Positions 40,590 through 54,378 of a DNA stretch of 64,000 bases are shown piece by piece. The position numbers and the translations under genes are program-made. The notes beneath the pieces were generated by a model, which saw only the letters and a list, made by a program, of their open reading frames with translations, made no database searches and was not told the DNA's origin. Source of the DNA: Felis catus (Eukaryota); contig NC_058383.1 in assembly GCF_018350175.1 (NCBI RefSeq), forward strand, positions 19,470,001 through 19,534,000, read 5' to 3'. The first letter of the stretch is position 1. The number at the start of each line of letters is the position of its first letter.

Positions 40590-41450
40590 ATAAGGAACAA
40601 GTTCAACAAGACCGCAGGACACGAGATCAGTATACAAAAAATCAGTTGTATTTCCATTCATTGATAACAGGCAACCCAAAAATGAAATCAAGAAAACAGT
40701 TCTCCCATCAGCATCAAAAAGAATAAAATACTTGGGAATACACTCAAGCAAAACAAGCATAAAAACATATACTCTGAGAATGACAAAACATTGTTGACCG
40801 AAATTTCAGATCTAAGCAAGAGGGAAAACCTCCCTTGTTCACGGATCTGGAGAGGTAGCCTAGTTCAGATGGCTGCACTCCCCGAATTAGCAGAACCCCA
40901 GCTGACCTATGTGTAAACATTGCCAAGCTAATCCAAAGTTCATCTGGAATTGCAAGGTGCCCGGAAAGTTAATCCTGGGAAACAAGAATCGAACACTGTG
41001 GGAAGACTCACACTTCCCAATTTCGAAACCACTATAAAGCAGCAATAATCAAGCCAACACGGTACCGGCACAAAGATAGAGACCACAGAGTAGAGCCGAC
41101 AGTCCGGAGGTACACCTACACATCGATGGTCGGCTGATGTTCAACAAGGGCTGCAAAACCATTCAATGGAGAAAGAAGCCATTCACAAGAGGCCATTACA
41201 GCGTGATTCCATTTTGATGAAAGTTCAGGATAGGGAATCTGGAAGGAGATTAATAAGTGCTTAGGGCCACGGGGTGGCCACACAGGGGTGCCAGCGGCTA
41301 CAAGGTTTGAGGCAGTGAGGACGTTCTAAAACGGCCTGGTGACAGGTTGACAGGTGCACGTACCTGGGAATACACTACATCACCACCGACTTGTACGCTT
41401 CGCACGGTGAATGGAGTGGAATAGGAATTGTAGCTCAATAAAGCTGTTAA
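40590..41450 (+). mobile_element. L1 (L1MB-type) ORF2 fragment fused to its 3' UTR end
   Basis: atacaaaaaatcagttgtattt...gcatcaaaaagaataaaatacttgggaat...ctcaataaagctgtt. Confidence 0.8.
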
Positions 41451-41544
41451 GAATTAAAGTAAAACCAGCAAACACTTGTAACAGGGTACAGCAAACTTAA
41501 GATCATTCAAATGGCACAAGGCGACATTTAAAAAGTTCTAGTAG

Positions 41545-41763
41545 GGGGCGCCTGGGTGGCGCAGTCGGTTAAGCGTCCGACTTCAGCCAGGTCACGATCT
41601 CGCGGTCCGTGAGTTCGAGCCCCGCGTCAGGCTCTGGGCTGATGGCTCGGAGCCTGGAGCCTGTTTCCGATTCTGTGTCTCCCTCTCTCTCTGCCCCTCC
41701 CCCGTTCATGCTCTGTCTCTCTCTGTCCCAAAAATAAATAAATAAATAAAACGTTGAAAAAAA
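41545..41763 (+). mobile_element. Very young SINEC_Fc-type copy
   Basis: Perfect TSD taaaaagttctagtag; CpG-rich; A box TGGCGCAGTCGG, B box GTTCGAGCC. Confidence 0.96.
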
Positions 41764-44700
41764 TAAAAAGTTCTAGTAGGATTCAGGTATACAAGCTAAG
41801 AAAAAAGAGAAATGAGCCATATCAAGAAGGATTAACACACAATAAAATAAAGGTTTAAAAGAGTTTTGGAACCAGGAGAGTAGAATTAAAAAGAACAAAG
41901 ATCAGAAACACAGAAAGGATAAAAGGTGAGCATAAACATGAAAAGAATAGAAGAAGGTTGTCAGGGCCGAGTTTAAAGCCTAGCAAATTAGTGGTGCTGG
42001 GGGAAAACCAGTTAAATCGGTTAAAAATAGCAAGATCTCTTTAAGTTAAAAGTGACAAAGTTGATCCAAGGATGCTAGCTAAAAAATGAAGGGTAATTAC
42101 TCTCAGTAATATTTCTGATAAATGAAAGAAACAGACACTTTATGGCAAAAGCGATTAAAGGCAAGAACCTCAAAGAGTAGGAGTAAAACACCCCAGTGGC
42201 ATAATTCCAGGCTGCATTCCTGCTGTCCAGGAGGGAACTTGTACTGAAGCCTGCTGACCATGAGGGAATGTTCCGTCAACCTCCCTGAGCAGGAAAACGT
42301 GCCTGTCCAGGCTGTGCTAGGGGAGGGGGAGGCTGGTGGCAAGTGGAAGGGGAGTGGGGCAGGGGGAGAATTCTGGAGAATCGGACTGGGGCAGATGGCA
42401 GTCGATGTGCCAGAGATGTGGGGAGGGCCTGGCCAGGTTCTTTGGGCTTGCAAGAGCCCAGAGGCCAGTGCAAGGACTTGTGAGCTCGTGACTGGCCGCA
42501 CGGGTGACCAGCTGGCCACAGGTTGGCGGGGGGCCAGTAAAGTGACTGAGATGTGTCTGTGCTGAGCGCCTGGCTCAGAGCCCTCAAGAAAAGTGCACGG
42601 TTTACCCCAGCCCTTTCCATCTGTGGGTCTCTAAGAACTTTGGGGGCCTAACCGAGTCCATCACTAACTCAGCCCAAGGGCTTGAGAGGTGGTCCCTACC
42701 CTGGGTATTTAATGGTGGCTCTGGAACTCTCTCAACTGAGGACATTTCTACAGTGTCCTGAAGTTCGTGAGCCCTCTGTATGCATGTATGTGATTGTCCG
42801 TGCCCTTGTTACCTTGTACAGTTAGCAAGGGAAACCTTAGATCCTGTGGGCTTATCTTAGGGCGTGAAAAAGAAGGCACCAGGGGAGATTCTGCCGTTTT
42901 GTAATCCCATCCTGTTAGTCTTGGAGCCAGGAGAGAGATGGGAAAGCCATCCAGATAACATGTCAGGCTCTATGCCAAGTGTTCGCACTGTGTTCTGATC
43001 CTTTTGGCCACCCCATCGTGCGGGTGCCCTCTTCTTTTTCTTCCCTTCGCTGATCAGAAAACCAGAGGGCAGATCCCTTGCCTCAGGTCCTAGAGCTGGG
43101 TTCTGTGGGGGGGTTGAGCACAGAAGGTGCGAGTCTGTAACCAGGGCCCTCTGCTGCCTCCCTGACAGATGACAGGGGTGACCGGATGGGCGGTGGAAGC
43201 TGGCAGGCAGGGGCGGGGCTGAAGGTGGGGCCAGCCGAGGACAGCTGTCCCAGGGGCAGGAGAGTCGGGAGATGTGGACTATCCCTGCGGACCATCTTCT
43301 CTCCAGTCCGTCTTCCACATCCACCGTGGAAATAACTTCGAGTCATGCCTACGGAATAAAAGCAAATATGCATAGAAAGTGAAAACTACAATATCCATCG
43401 CTTGGCCTGGAAGCCTTTTGCAGTCTGTCTTCCCCTTCAGTCCCGCCCTCCCACCACCCCTGCCCGCCTCGGTGCCTCTGCCCGTGCCTTCCTCCCGCCT
43501 CGACAACTGCGTATCCTCTAGCGTCCCGCTTTGGGGCCACCCTCGGTACCTCCTCCCCCTACGCCGCCTGGCCCCACATGCCTCCCCGCTCCCCAGCATC
43601 GTGCATGCGGGCGGTAGAGCCCTGCCTCATAGCTTCTTTCTCTGTAGTCACTGAGCACTTAGCGTGTTTAGGGGTGAAGCTGAACACCTTACCTGCATTT
43701 ACTCCTGTAGTCCTTCTCAGCAGGTCAGTCTAGACATGCCGTTAGAAGTGTGCCCATTTTATAGATGAGGAGCCGGAGGCTCAGAGAGGTTAGCAGATTG
43801 CCCAGGGAGAATCAGACAGAACTGAAATCCGGGCTTGTGTTGAACCCTCAGCAGACGGCCCACCTGCGCTCTCCAGCCTCTGTCTCAGACGCCACCCTCT
43901 GCAGGGCAGGAACCCTGCCGTCTTCATCCTCATGTGTTCTGGGCCCAACGCACAGCAGGTGCCTGAAATTGAATTCGAGCCCCCAGGCAATCTCCTGGTA
44001 TTTTCGGCCCGGGTGATGGGCTATGACCCTTGGTCCTCAGAAGCTGTGTTTTCCTAAGGTTGCTGTAGTGATAATAGTAATAAAAGCGGGAGCAAGTGCC
44101 GCCTGCTTGTGTGCCCGGTGCGGTCCTGGCGAGAAAGATCCTGTTCCTGTCCCCATTTACTAGTGAACGGCCCGAGGCACAGACTGGTCTTCTCCCTTCA
44201 CCATGGTTATCCAGCTGGTGAGTGGCAGAGGCAGGTTCTCACCAGAGGGAGACTCCAGAGCCCGTGTTTCTAACCCATCCCATCACCCTGGCATGTGGGC
44301 AGCAGCACCCCCTTCCGCCACTGAGTGCAGCCCTGGACTCTTTGTGTCCCCTGGGCGTGCTTCTCATTTCAGTGTCTGGACTACCTGAATGACTCCCGAG
44401 CACTGACCAGCCTAGGCCCGTCCAGGGGTGCGTGCGTGTGCGTGCGTGCGTGGGAGGTGAGACAGGAGCAAAGCACTGAATTTGCATACCTCCCCCTGGC
44501 TTACTGTCCCTTCACTGGTGACTCTTCCAGAGCACGTCTGTCCTGGTGCTCGTTCGTTCCCATCTTGCTCTTGCTTTCTCCCGGGTTAACCACTTGGCGA
44601 GCAGCGCTCTGCCCCGTGGCCAGGTGAGATCTTCCCTGGGGGTGTGAGAAACACAGGCTGTTGGTTCCACTTCGTAGCAGCTTGGGGCTTTCCTTTACAG

Positions 44701-45670
44701 TGAGCGGTGTTTTCTGATAGAAATTGGAAGTTCTAGCCCAGCCGGGTTGCCTAGTGTGGAAGAAAGGCCACTTTCTAGGTCCAAGACGTCCAATTGGGTC
44801 CCTTGACCCCTCTGAGCCTCAGTTTCCTTTTTCATGGAATGGTAGTGGTTACTTGCAGAATCCACACGACGATTCAGATAGCATCTGAAACCACCTCCCG
44901 CAGTGCCTGGTGCATCCCGGATGCTCAGTAAGGATTCCTCCCTCCCGCCTTCTTTTCTGGGTCTTCAGGATGTCTAAGTGAAGCCATTCTTTCTTCATGC
45001 CAAGGCAAGCCCATCTGGGTCTTTGACACAAAAGAACAGTGTGATTGGTTTGTGTTGAACTGCTGACATTGGTGCACACTGTGTCTTTAAGATGCCCGAA
45101 ACTCCTCATGCTTGACTGCGTGTGCAGTGATCTGGCTGGCTCTCTCTCTCTCTCCTGCCTTCCGTTCCCGGGAAGTAAGCCCCGCACCCAGGGATCGGCG
45201 GTTGCCATTAACAGACCCGTGACTTCTCCGCTAGAGTGTTTAGTCACTGAGGCGGCCGCTCAGATGGCGTGACGGGCGCTACTCACGCTGTGTGCGTGTG
45301 CTGACCGGGGTCTCACTCTGGCCCCTTCTGCTGTGGCTTCTGCTGACTTACGGTCTGGAACAGGCTGCTAAGAATTTGCCTTAAAAATAGGCAAATGTGA
45401 GCTGAAGGGACTTCAATACTAAAAATTGACATTTTGAGGCTGTTTAAGTTCCAGAGCTATGGGAAAGGTGTATGAGGCTGCTGCAGTCACGAGCCACAGA
45501 CCACACCGTGTGGCATCCTTCACCTGCCTTACCTCTTGCAATTCTCCCCACCGCCCCCTGAGGCTAGACGTTCTCCTTAGCCTTAGTTTACAGGCAAGTC
45601 CGTTGAAGCTGAGGGAAGTCACCCAGTTTGCTCAGGTTTGCACACCGGCTCTGGAAGAAGAGTCCAGATT

Positions 45671-45892
45671 CTTTTCTTTTTTTTCCTTTTTAATGTTTAT
45701 TGATTTTTGAGAGAGAGAGACAGAGTGCAAGTGGGGAAGGGGCAGGGAGAGAGGGAGACACGGAATCGGAAGCAGGCTCCAGGCCCTGAGCTGTCGGCAC
45801 AGAGCCCGACACGGGGCTTGAACTTGCGAACCGCAAGATCGGGACCTGCGCCAAAGTTGGACGCTCAAACAACTGAGCCACCCAGGCGCGCC
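45671..45892 (-). mobile_element. SINEC
   Basis: TSD aagagtccagat. Confidence 0.92.
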
Positions 45893-46814
45893 AAGAGTCC
45901 AGATCCTTAACCACCATGCACGCTACCTGTCTAACACGAAATTTTCCAAAGTAAGGGTACATTTGACACAGCATGGGGAAATGGATGTGTTTCTGCGATC
46001 AGTGTTTTGAGAAAGACCAGAGACAGACAGCTTGGGGTTTGCTTGTCTGATGTCTCCAGAAGAAAGTCAGTGCAGTTGGGCTTCATGGCAGGGAAATGAG
46101 CTGTGCTTTGAGGGTTAGGTAGAGCTGCAGACCCCGTGGCCCGAAACCTCACCGGCAGCCATGTGAACGTGTCACGCCTGGCCTTCCAGAAGCACGCTGG
46201 GCCCCGTCTGAGATGCCCGAGCCGCCCCACCACTCAGGGTGTGCCGGAGACTCTCCCTGTATCATGGGGCTCACGGGGACCGTCAGCCTCAGCTTGTCGT
46301 GAGTTCGTAACAGCCGTGACACAGGACTGGCCCTCAGCACGGGCTGGCTGGCCGTAGGGTTGACTGCTGTGTTCCAGCCTCTGCACAGACGTCCTCCCCA
46401 GTCATCCTTACACCAACATATGACGTACAGAACGCCAGCCTCTCATTTTGCTGAGCTTCACACGAAGAGCTACACTAAGTCCTTCCTCCCGAGTCCCGGA
46501 CACGGGAGGTTGTAGGGCTGAGACGGGCCCACGGCTGCCCGACCCGGGAGCCCAGGTTCGCCCCGATGCTCCTCTGAAGGTCTGGCCGCCCTGGCTGGCA
46601 GCGGAGACGTCAGCGGGGCCGTTTGGACCAGGCCATGATGGGACGGACATCAAGTGGCATAGAAGCAGAGGTGAGCACAGGTGGCGACTTGATGCTGTGA
46701 GGAGCGGAGGCTGGGAAGGCTGAGCGGGGTTTTCCCTCTTCACCCTTCACCCTTGGAGAGCTGTCCTTCGTGTTGTTGTTTTAAAAAAAAAAAAAAAAAA
46801 AAACCTTAAAAATG

Positions 46815-46920
46815 TTGAGCGTGGAGCCCAATGCAGGGCTTGAACTTGCCACCCTGAGATCAAGACCGGGGCTGAGATCAAGGAGTTGGGTGCTTCAGCG
46901 ACTGAGCCACCTGGCCGCCC
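46815..46920 (-). mobile_element. Partial SINEC (tRNA head only)
   Basis: gggcttgaacttgccaccctgagatcaagacc...actgagccacc. Confidence 0.75.
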
Positions 46921-48384
46921 TCCTTCTTCACCCTTTGGGTTCCCCGAGTGCGTAGTAGTGTTTCTCCTCCTCCACTTGCGCCGATGTCGAGCACTGCTCT
47001 GTGTGTCTTTTCTTGGCCGATTAACCTCGTGAGGAAGTTAGAACCGGATGGAAGGAATAACGCCAGGCTGTTGCTGAGACGTGCTGGCCTGCCCGAGTGC
47101 CACATTGGACCGTCGCTCCCGCAGAAGCCAACGTCCCTGGCCTCGGGTCACCCGCCTTTCTTGGTCACATGGGTGTCTTTGAATTAGGGGCCGTATGTTG
47201 CCCAAGGTTTGGGCCCCGGGCTCGGAAAGCAGACTGATAAATCCCGGTTCCTCCCTTGCTAAGGGGTGGGAGTTTGGGCAAATGCCTTAGCTCCAGCTGT
47301 TCTCAAGTGTGAAACAGAATGGTAGCAGCCACCTCCCACGGCCGTGATGAGGGCCAGCTCGTGTGACACGTGGAGAGCTTGTGTTGGCGTCTGAGGAACG
47401 GGAGCAGCTTTATCGGGAGCAGTAGGTCACTCTGGGCACCGTCTGAGGGGCGAGGTGGGGGTTGAGGGGGTTGGGAGGGGGCTTGGGGAGAGGTCGGGGG
47501 GAGGACCCAGTGGGGAGTGACTCCGTGGTTGGTGGGCTGGTCACAGGTGCCTCCCTCTGCGGCCGCGAGAAGGAAACCCGCACGGAGCACCCAGTTCTGG
47601 TCACCTGAGCCTTGAAATAATTTTCAGCCATACACATGGGCGCAAGGGGTCCCCCTCGTCGCCATGGTTCCCCTCCTGGTTGTTTTAGGCTCCCGTCCTG
47701 GGAGGGAGAAGTGGAGGGGGAGGGCAGGGCAGGCACCCCGAGCCATGGGCAAAGCTGTAGGCAACAGGAGAACCTCGGAGGGCCTGGCAGGTGCGGAGGA
47801 AGCCGAGGCTTAAGGAAGCCAGTGCTGTGATGTCATGTTTCTTCTGTTGAAAAGTCACGAACGAGGGATTTTCTGTCACTGTGAGAAGTACAGGCCAATT
47901 AGCACGAGGCCAGGCTGCCCTCACTTCTGTGTCCATTTGCCCCAGGCCTGCCCACCCCCCTGAAGGGTTCTGGTGGGTCCGCCATGGCCAGACCCTCCTC
48001 TGAGGGTAAATCTGATGAGTTCAAGGCCCTGAGACGCACTACTGTTTGTGAATGACACCTGTAGGCCACGTGCTGTGTCCCCCCATGATAATCCCCTGCC
48101 CCAGCTGGGGTGGTCGTACCTGACCTTGCTCCGAGGTCAGTCTGCAGTGCTCGGTGTGGGCATGCCACACCCCACAGGAAGGCCCTCAGGGGCCGCAGCT
48201 CCTGCACAAGAGGCGCTGGGTGGCAGAGGCCAGTTTTATTGTCGCCCCTCCTTGCCCCGGTACCCAGGATTGTGCTCCTCGGTGGCCCAGTGGAGAAACC
48301 ATCTGTATCCCTGATGTGATAATTACTGCAGATTTGGTGACTGAAGACAGCATTTTCTTTATTATTTTAGTTTTTACTTCTATT

Positions 48385-48800
48385 ATTATTATTTTATAAT
48401 TCTGGAGGTCTGAAATGGGTGTCCTTGGGCCACAGCTGTGATGTTGGTAGGGCTTTGTTCCTTCCAGAGGTGCTAGGCGAGAATCCATTTCCCGTGGCCA
48501 TTTCCAGTTTCTAGAGGCCCCGTGCATTCCTTGGCCTCGCCCTCCCTTCCTCCATCTTCACAGCCAGCAGCCTAGCATCCCCCAGTCTCTCGCTCTGATC
48601 CTTCTGCCTCTCTCTTTAAGGACTCTGACACGGGACCCGCCCAGATTCTCCAGTATAAGCAACTAACTGCGACCCCTGCAGCAAAAAGCCTTAACTCAGT
48701 CACACCTGCAAGTCCCTTTTGCCACAGAAGGGAACATACTCACAGGTTCCGGGTGTCAGGGCGTGGACATCCTCAAGGGGCCCTTATTCTGCCTGCACAC
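48385..48800 (-). mobile_element. MLT1-type (MaLR) LTR
   Basis: ttctggaggtc...gagaatccatttcc...ttccagtttctagagg...cattccttggc...acacctgcaagtcccttttgcca. Confidence 0.75.
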
Positions 48801-49772
48801 TCCTGTGTCACAGGACGTCTTAGTGCTGGATCATTTCTTCTGCTTTGGAGGCCTGTGACACCTGAGTAACTTTGCACCTATCGTTTACAAGCTCTGGGGA
48901 GCTTGGGCAAGTCGTGTAATCCTCTGAACCTCAGTCTCTCCATCTGTAAAATGCCTCCCCGGATTGTCAGGATCGAATGAGTGAGTTTGCACTAGCAAAG
49001 TGTTAAGATGTTTTTGCTTTTCCCTGTACCTGCCTCTCGGTCCAGCCGTAGGCAACACTTATTACGTCGTGCTTCTGGGGGCGGCGTCTAGGCGCACTGT
49101 GGTGGTGTGAGGGCAGGCGCTGGTGCACAGAGTGGTGGCTTGTCCGTGTGCTGCCACTCAGCCCCTCATCACCGTTTCTGTCACTCGGAAAAGCTAGCTC
49201 ATAACGAGTGCTGTGTGGACCTCTTCGTCTCGGCAGCTTTCGCCTCTTTTTGAGTTATTTTCTTGGAATAAATTCCCACTCTTGGAGTCTTCGGTGAAAG
49301 GCCTCCAGCAGTGTTCTCAGAGGCTGCTAGGACCCGTTTACGTGGCTGCCACACCTTACTGTCTGTGGGTGTCCGCTTTAGAAGGAACAAAAACAGCTTT
49401 CATTCTTGAAGCAATACGGCTTGTGTGCCAGGCACCGTGCAGTTGCTGGACAGGCAGGCCCGCTTCCTCTTGTCACAGAGCAAACGCGACCAGGAGAGGG
49501 CTGCTACTGTTTCTTTAACAGCCTGACACAGTGCCTCATTATCCTCCTCATTTGCATGTCTTTGTTTCCTAATTATATTGAAAACAGAAAGCGGTTTTAT
49601 GGAGGAAACTTTCAGGTCTCGTGCCCCAGGATGTGCAGTTTTAAATGTTCCCAGCTCGATGCTGCATACAGCCTTTCTTGGGTCTCTGTCCCAGCGGGGC
49701 ACCGCCACCCCCACCCCCGTCCCCAGCAGTGTTGTGCTCATTGCTGGAAAACATGCCACGTTACGTTCCCAG

Positions 49773-49940
49773 GGACGGACGTCATGGTGCGCTGCCTCAG
49801 GCTGCTGAAGGAATTTAAACGGAAGGTCGAGGACGACCACGACCAGGACGACGATGAGGACGAGGAGGTCATCTCCAAGGGAGTACCCCCGGTGGACATC
49901 GTGTACGAGCGGGACATGCTCACGCAGACCTACGAACTCA
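49773..49940 (+). CDS. GTF3C1: GTF3C1 exon 7 (168 nt)
   Basis: cccag|[61 protein letters not shown]|gtaagt. Confidence 0.95.
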
Positions 49941-50892
49941 GTAAGTCCCGTTCCCATGCCTGCTTGCGTGCGGCTCGAACCCCAGGAGTCGAGGGGTGTG
50001 TTGCCCACGTGTTGAGAGAGGGCTCCGCTGTGGAGCGTGTGAAGCGGCAGGGAGTCCTGGGGCTCCCTTGAAGGGTTAGGCTTTGGGTCCGATTGGAGCG
50101 TGAATCGTTGCTGTGTAGAGCATTAGCAAGGTCTCTGAGCCTCAGTTCCCATCCGTAAAATGGGGAGATGACGGTCACCCTAGCACGCGAATGAGGAGCA
50201 GAATGAAAACGCCGGCGTCGGGCCTGCCGTGTGGGAAGCGCTCAGGAAATGAGCAAAGGTTTGAGGGCTACCTGCCATCTTCTCAAATTGGTCTGAGTTG
50301 CTGCAGTCTGGTGGCACCTCCCCCCCGACTCCTCACCCTTTCCCCGGACCCCCAAAAATCCACGGAAGACAGCGGTAACCCAGAGCCGTAGACGGTGTGG
50401 CCGCTCGTCCCGTGGGGAGGACAGAGGAGAAGGTGCGGTGGCCACGGGACCAGCAGCTCATACGAAGCCACGTTGGCGAATCGGTACGGCCTTTTCAAGG
50501 GGACTTTTGGTCATTTTTATCAACTCTTAATATCACTCTGAATGGGTTCCTCAGAACACGGTTTGGGAAAAGCTGCCCGTAACCCTTCTGTGGCTCCTTT
50601 GAGCATGTTAGTAGTTCAACATGGGAACGCATCTCAGCCCCCTCTTTCCTGATGTTTATTTTCACGCACACACAACACAGCAAGAGCACCGTTATCCAGA
50701 CGGCTTGTACCTGGCAGCGTGAGCTATGCGATGCAGCAGGAGGTGGAGGGGCGCTGTTCTGAACAGAGTTTTCCCACAAAGCCTGCCCTGTGGTTTGTGC
50801 ACTTCACTGGGGGAGGGGGGTTCCCTGCCGCCACCCCTACCCCCCCGCCTCCCAGGCTCCATCCTGGGATTCCCAGTCCAGAGCCGTTGAGT

Positions 50893-50988
50893 AGATTTAT
50901 TTTTTATTTTTGTATTTCCTATGTATGTATGTATGTATGTATGTATGTATGTATGAATGAGAGCATGAGCAAGGGAGAGGGGCAGAAG

Positions 50989-51039
<51 letters not shown>

Positions 51040-51147
51040 CAGGCAGGCTCCACACTCAGCCCAGAGCCCGATGCAGGGCTCAATCCCACGACCAGAGCCA
51101 AAAGCAAAAGTGAGACTCGCAACCGCCTGAGCCACACAGGCGCCCCC
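50893..51147 (-). mobile_element. SINEC with (TATG)n and (GA)n expansions
   Basis: Reverse head at 51147; (TATG)n ~50920-50955. Confidence 0.88.
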
Positions 51148-51756
51148 ATTGAGTACACTTAAAAGGGCTTCTTAGAGGCAGCGACGGTCACAGCACCGAG
51201 CAGTGACAGCATGTAGCAGGGCAGGAGCTGACAAACTAGAGGGGGCAGATAGTGCAGCCCGGTTGTCTGCCGTCGCGTGCTGCAGGGCCCAACAGCGTCA
51301 CCCCCTCCCTGGCCGGCTGGCGGGCGGCTGTCACGGACGGCACAGTAATCGGTATTCCTCATGCCTCTGAGTTGGAGTCTGCGTCTGCCGACAGAGCCAG
51401 GGAGATGAAACGAGTTCTTAATTAAAAACCATTTTTTGAAAAAGGATCTTTTTCATTTGTCTGGAAAAGCTCCCCGCTGCCGGGCACAAGCGGGAACTGC
51501 CGGAGCTGAGGACGGCGGCGGCGGGCCACTGGCCATGTGCTGTCCTAACGCGGGGGAGCCCGGTGGCACTGAAACGTTAGCTGTTGGAAGTGGCTGGCGC
51601 TCAGAGGTGCCGGGGAGGCGAGGTCGAGAGGAGACACAGGGTTTATTCTGCCCGTGGGCTCTGCTGCGCTGACCGCTCTGTGCTGAACTGGGGCGGTGGG
51701 AGCGGACTGGCCTCAGGCACAAGGCTGTGGTTCACACATCCTGTCCTTCCCTGCAG

Positions 51757-51872
51757 TTGAGCGCAGAGGCACGAAAGGAATTTCCCAAGCTGAAATCCGA
51801 GCGGCTATGAACGTGGGAAAGCTGGAGGCGAGAATGCTGTGTCGTCTTCTTCAGAGATTTAAGGTTGTCAAG
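51757..51872 (+). CDS. GTF3C1: GTF3C1 exon 8 (116 nt)
   Basis: ctgcag|[46 protein letters not shown]|gtaaca. Confidence 0.95.
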
Positions 51873-52935
51873 GTAACATCGTGAGCCATCCGCACGCTTC
51901 ATTGTCTTCGGGCGTGCGCACGGTGTGACAGTGAGGGGCCGACTCAGCCGGGCCGAGGACGCGTGGCCTGCGTCTCTGCCACCAGGGCCTGCCCGGGGGC
52001 GTGGCGTGTCTCCCAACCCCCTGACTTGGTTTCTGTTGGCTTTCACTTGTTAAAAACCGGATGAACCTTCAGCACTGATAAGTCAGTAGAAGACGTGACC
52101 CCGTGGGGAGCACAGCCGCGCAGGGACTCCCAGGAAGCTGGCTAGCCCCCCACTGCCCTTTCAGACAGGGTGGGTGCTGTCCAGGGGCCCCAGCCCCCAC
52201 TCAGGCCTCCCTCTCTCTTGTCACTCTCCTGGCTCCTGGGGACATACGTGTCTGCTGGTCCCCTTTTGGAATTCACACCTGCCCTCCAGGCCTTATCCTT
52301 CACTCTCTTCTTGCCAACAATGTGACCATTTTGTTGGAAGGCAGTCGAGTTCATGATCGCAGAGCATTTAGTATGGCCCTTGGCATGTGGTTGGCATGTA
52401 GAAGATGTTGCTTTTCCGGCCGTTAAGGGCCCAGGAGAGCCCCTTTCCCCCGTCCTGAAGATACGGGTGAGTGTGGGTTGGTGATGACCTCATCCTCCGT
52501 CCCAGAGGCAGGGACTGCATGGGGCTGGCGACCTCCAGTCTGTGACAGCGGTTCTGAGCCCTCAAATTCTGCGTAGCCAACACTCACTGCTCGCTAACCA
52601 TTTCCTGTGGGCCTAGTCTGGTGCCAGGCACCGGGGAGATGGGGAGGGCCAAGGTAGGCCCCACCCTCAAGGAGTTCACGGTCCCGTAGAGCAGATACAC
52701 ATTCAGGGCTGCGGTTTGGAAACCTATCTCCGACAGGCCTGTGGAAACGGCACCTGAGGGACGGCCAGACAGGCGGACGGCGACGGAGCGTCAGCTGGGC
52801 GGACGTGGGGCCTGGGTGGTGACAGGGGAGGTGCGGGAAGGATCAGGAGATAGATACCGCAGCCCCCCGCTCTCCCGTGTGCCCGAGTATGGCAGCGCCC
52901 CCCAGATGCGATTCAACCCGTCTCCTCCCCACCAG

Positions 52936-53248
52936 GGTTTCATGGAGGATGAGGGCCGGCAGCGGACCACCAAGTACATCTCGTGCGTATTTGCAGAAGA
53001 GAGCGATCTCAGCCGGCAGTACAAGAGAGAAAAGGCCCGAAGCAAGCTGCTGACCACAGTGAGCTTGGCCTCGGTGCAGGAGGAGTCCCTCCTGCCCGAG
53101 GTGGAGGACAGCTTCCTCTCCGACTCAGACAGCGAAGAGGAGCGCGGCAGCAGCAGCAAGAGGAAAGGCAGAGTGTCCCAGGGCGACGGGAGAGCCTGCT
53201 TCGGCGCCGGTCTCGGGACCCAGCCTCATCACTCCACCCCAGCGAAGG
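52936..53248 (+). CDS. GTF3C1: GTF3C1 exon 9 (313 nt)
   Basis: accag|[35 protein letters not shown]...HHSTPAK; G|gtacgg. Confidence 0.93.
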
Positions 53249-53841
53249 GTACGGGGTGCTCTCGGGCCGCGGGGAGGGGCCTCCGTCTGAGCTGCTGCCA
53301 ATCCTCCCTTGCTCCGGGGGTCTTCAGAGAACAGCCCGTTCACTTAGCACCTGAGGGCGCCCTTGGTGCTGTCCTGACTGGGGACACGGTCACATGACCC
53401 TGTGTCCAGAGGAGATGGTCACGCGGTCTGTCCCCTGGCTGCTGGCAAGGCAGTTCCCCTTGGCAGATACTCGGTTTGTCTTGCGGTGTCTTTACCATTC
53501 AAGGGATGGAATCCAGTAAACTTCCTCTGTCCCCTTCTCTCCAGCGATCTGAGGGCCCTCGAGTTTTTAGTTTAGTTACAGACTTTTTTAAACATGCGGA
53601 GGGTGGAGACGAAGACAAGCTTGCGAGTCTGGTATCCAGCTAAGCGTGGGGTGGTGGCGGGGTGGGGGGGGGGTGGGGAGGGGCGGCGCCGCTGCTCGCT
53701 GGGTCCTCCCCCCATCCTCAAACCAACCAGAAGGAATCGTTGGCCTGCGTGGGCCTTGTCTGGGCGAGCGTAAGTGCCCCTTTCCCCGTCCCTCCGTATG
53801 GCCACCGTTCGTTCATGCCTCTCCCGCCCCCTCCACTGCAG

Positions 53842-54056
53842 GTGGCTGGAAAGTAAACCTCCACCCTCTGAAGAAGCAGCTGCCCTCCTCCCTGGCGGTG
53901 GCCGAGGAGAAGGCCTGCCAGAGCTCTGCGGGCGGGGACAGCCTCCTGGACACCAGCGCCTCCTCGTACCCCGGCGCGCCCTTTGGCTCCCACTGCATGG
54001 AGAGTAACAGTGGCGACATGACCGTGATCGAAGAGGTCAGGCTTGAAAACCCAAAG
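53842..54056 (+). CDS. GTF3C1: GTF3C1 exon 10 (215 nt)
   Basis: ctgcag|[20 protein letters not shown]...[14 protein letters not shown]|gtgagg. Confidence 0.93.
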
Positions 54057-54148
54057 GTGAGGGCTCACGGCGGGGATGCCTTTTGTCCAGCAGGGGCCTG
54101 TGGCGGGTGGACCTTGGCCTTCTCGGTCCCGTGTTTGAGAATCACAGC

Positions 54149-54378
54149 AGGGACACCTGCGTGACTCAGTCCATTAAGCATCCAGCTCTTGGTTTCAGCT
54201 CAGGTCATGATGTCATGGTTCATGGGATCGAGCCCCACATCAGCCTCTGTGCCGGCAGTGCAGAGCCTGCTTGGGATTCTCCGTCTCTCTCTGTCTCTCT
54301 CTGCCCCTTCCTCACGCTCTCTCGCTCGCTCTCTCTCTGTTTCTCTCTCAAAAATAAATAAATAGTCATTAAAAAAAA
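54149..54378 (+). mobile_element. SINEC ~90 bp downstream of exon 10
   Basis: gggacacctgcgtgactcag head, A tail. Confidence 0.88.

Noticed and set aside
40590..41450. Active L1
   Set aside because: Short, deleted and frame-disrupted
41545..41630. tRNA-like A/B box sequences
   Set aside because: These are SINE heads, not tRNA genes
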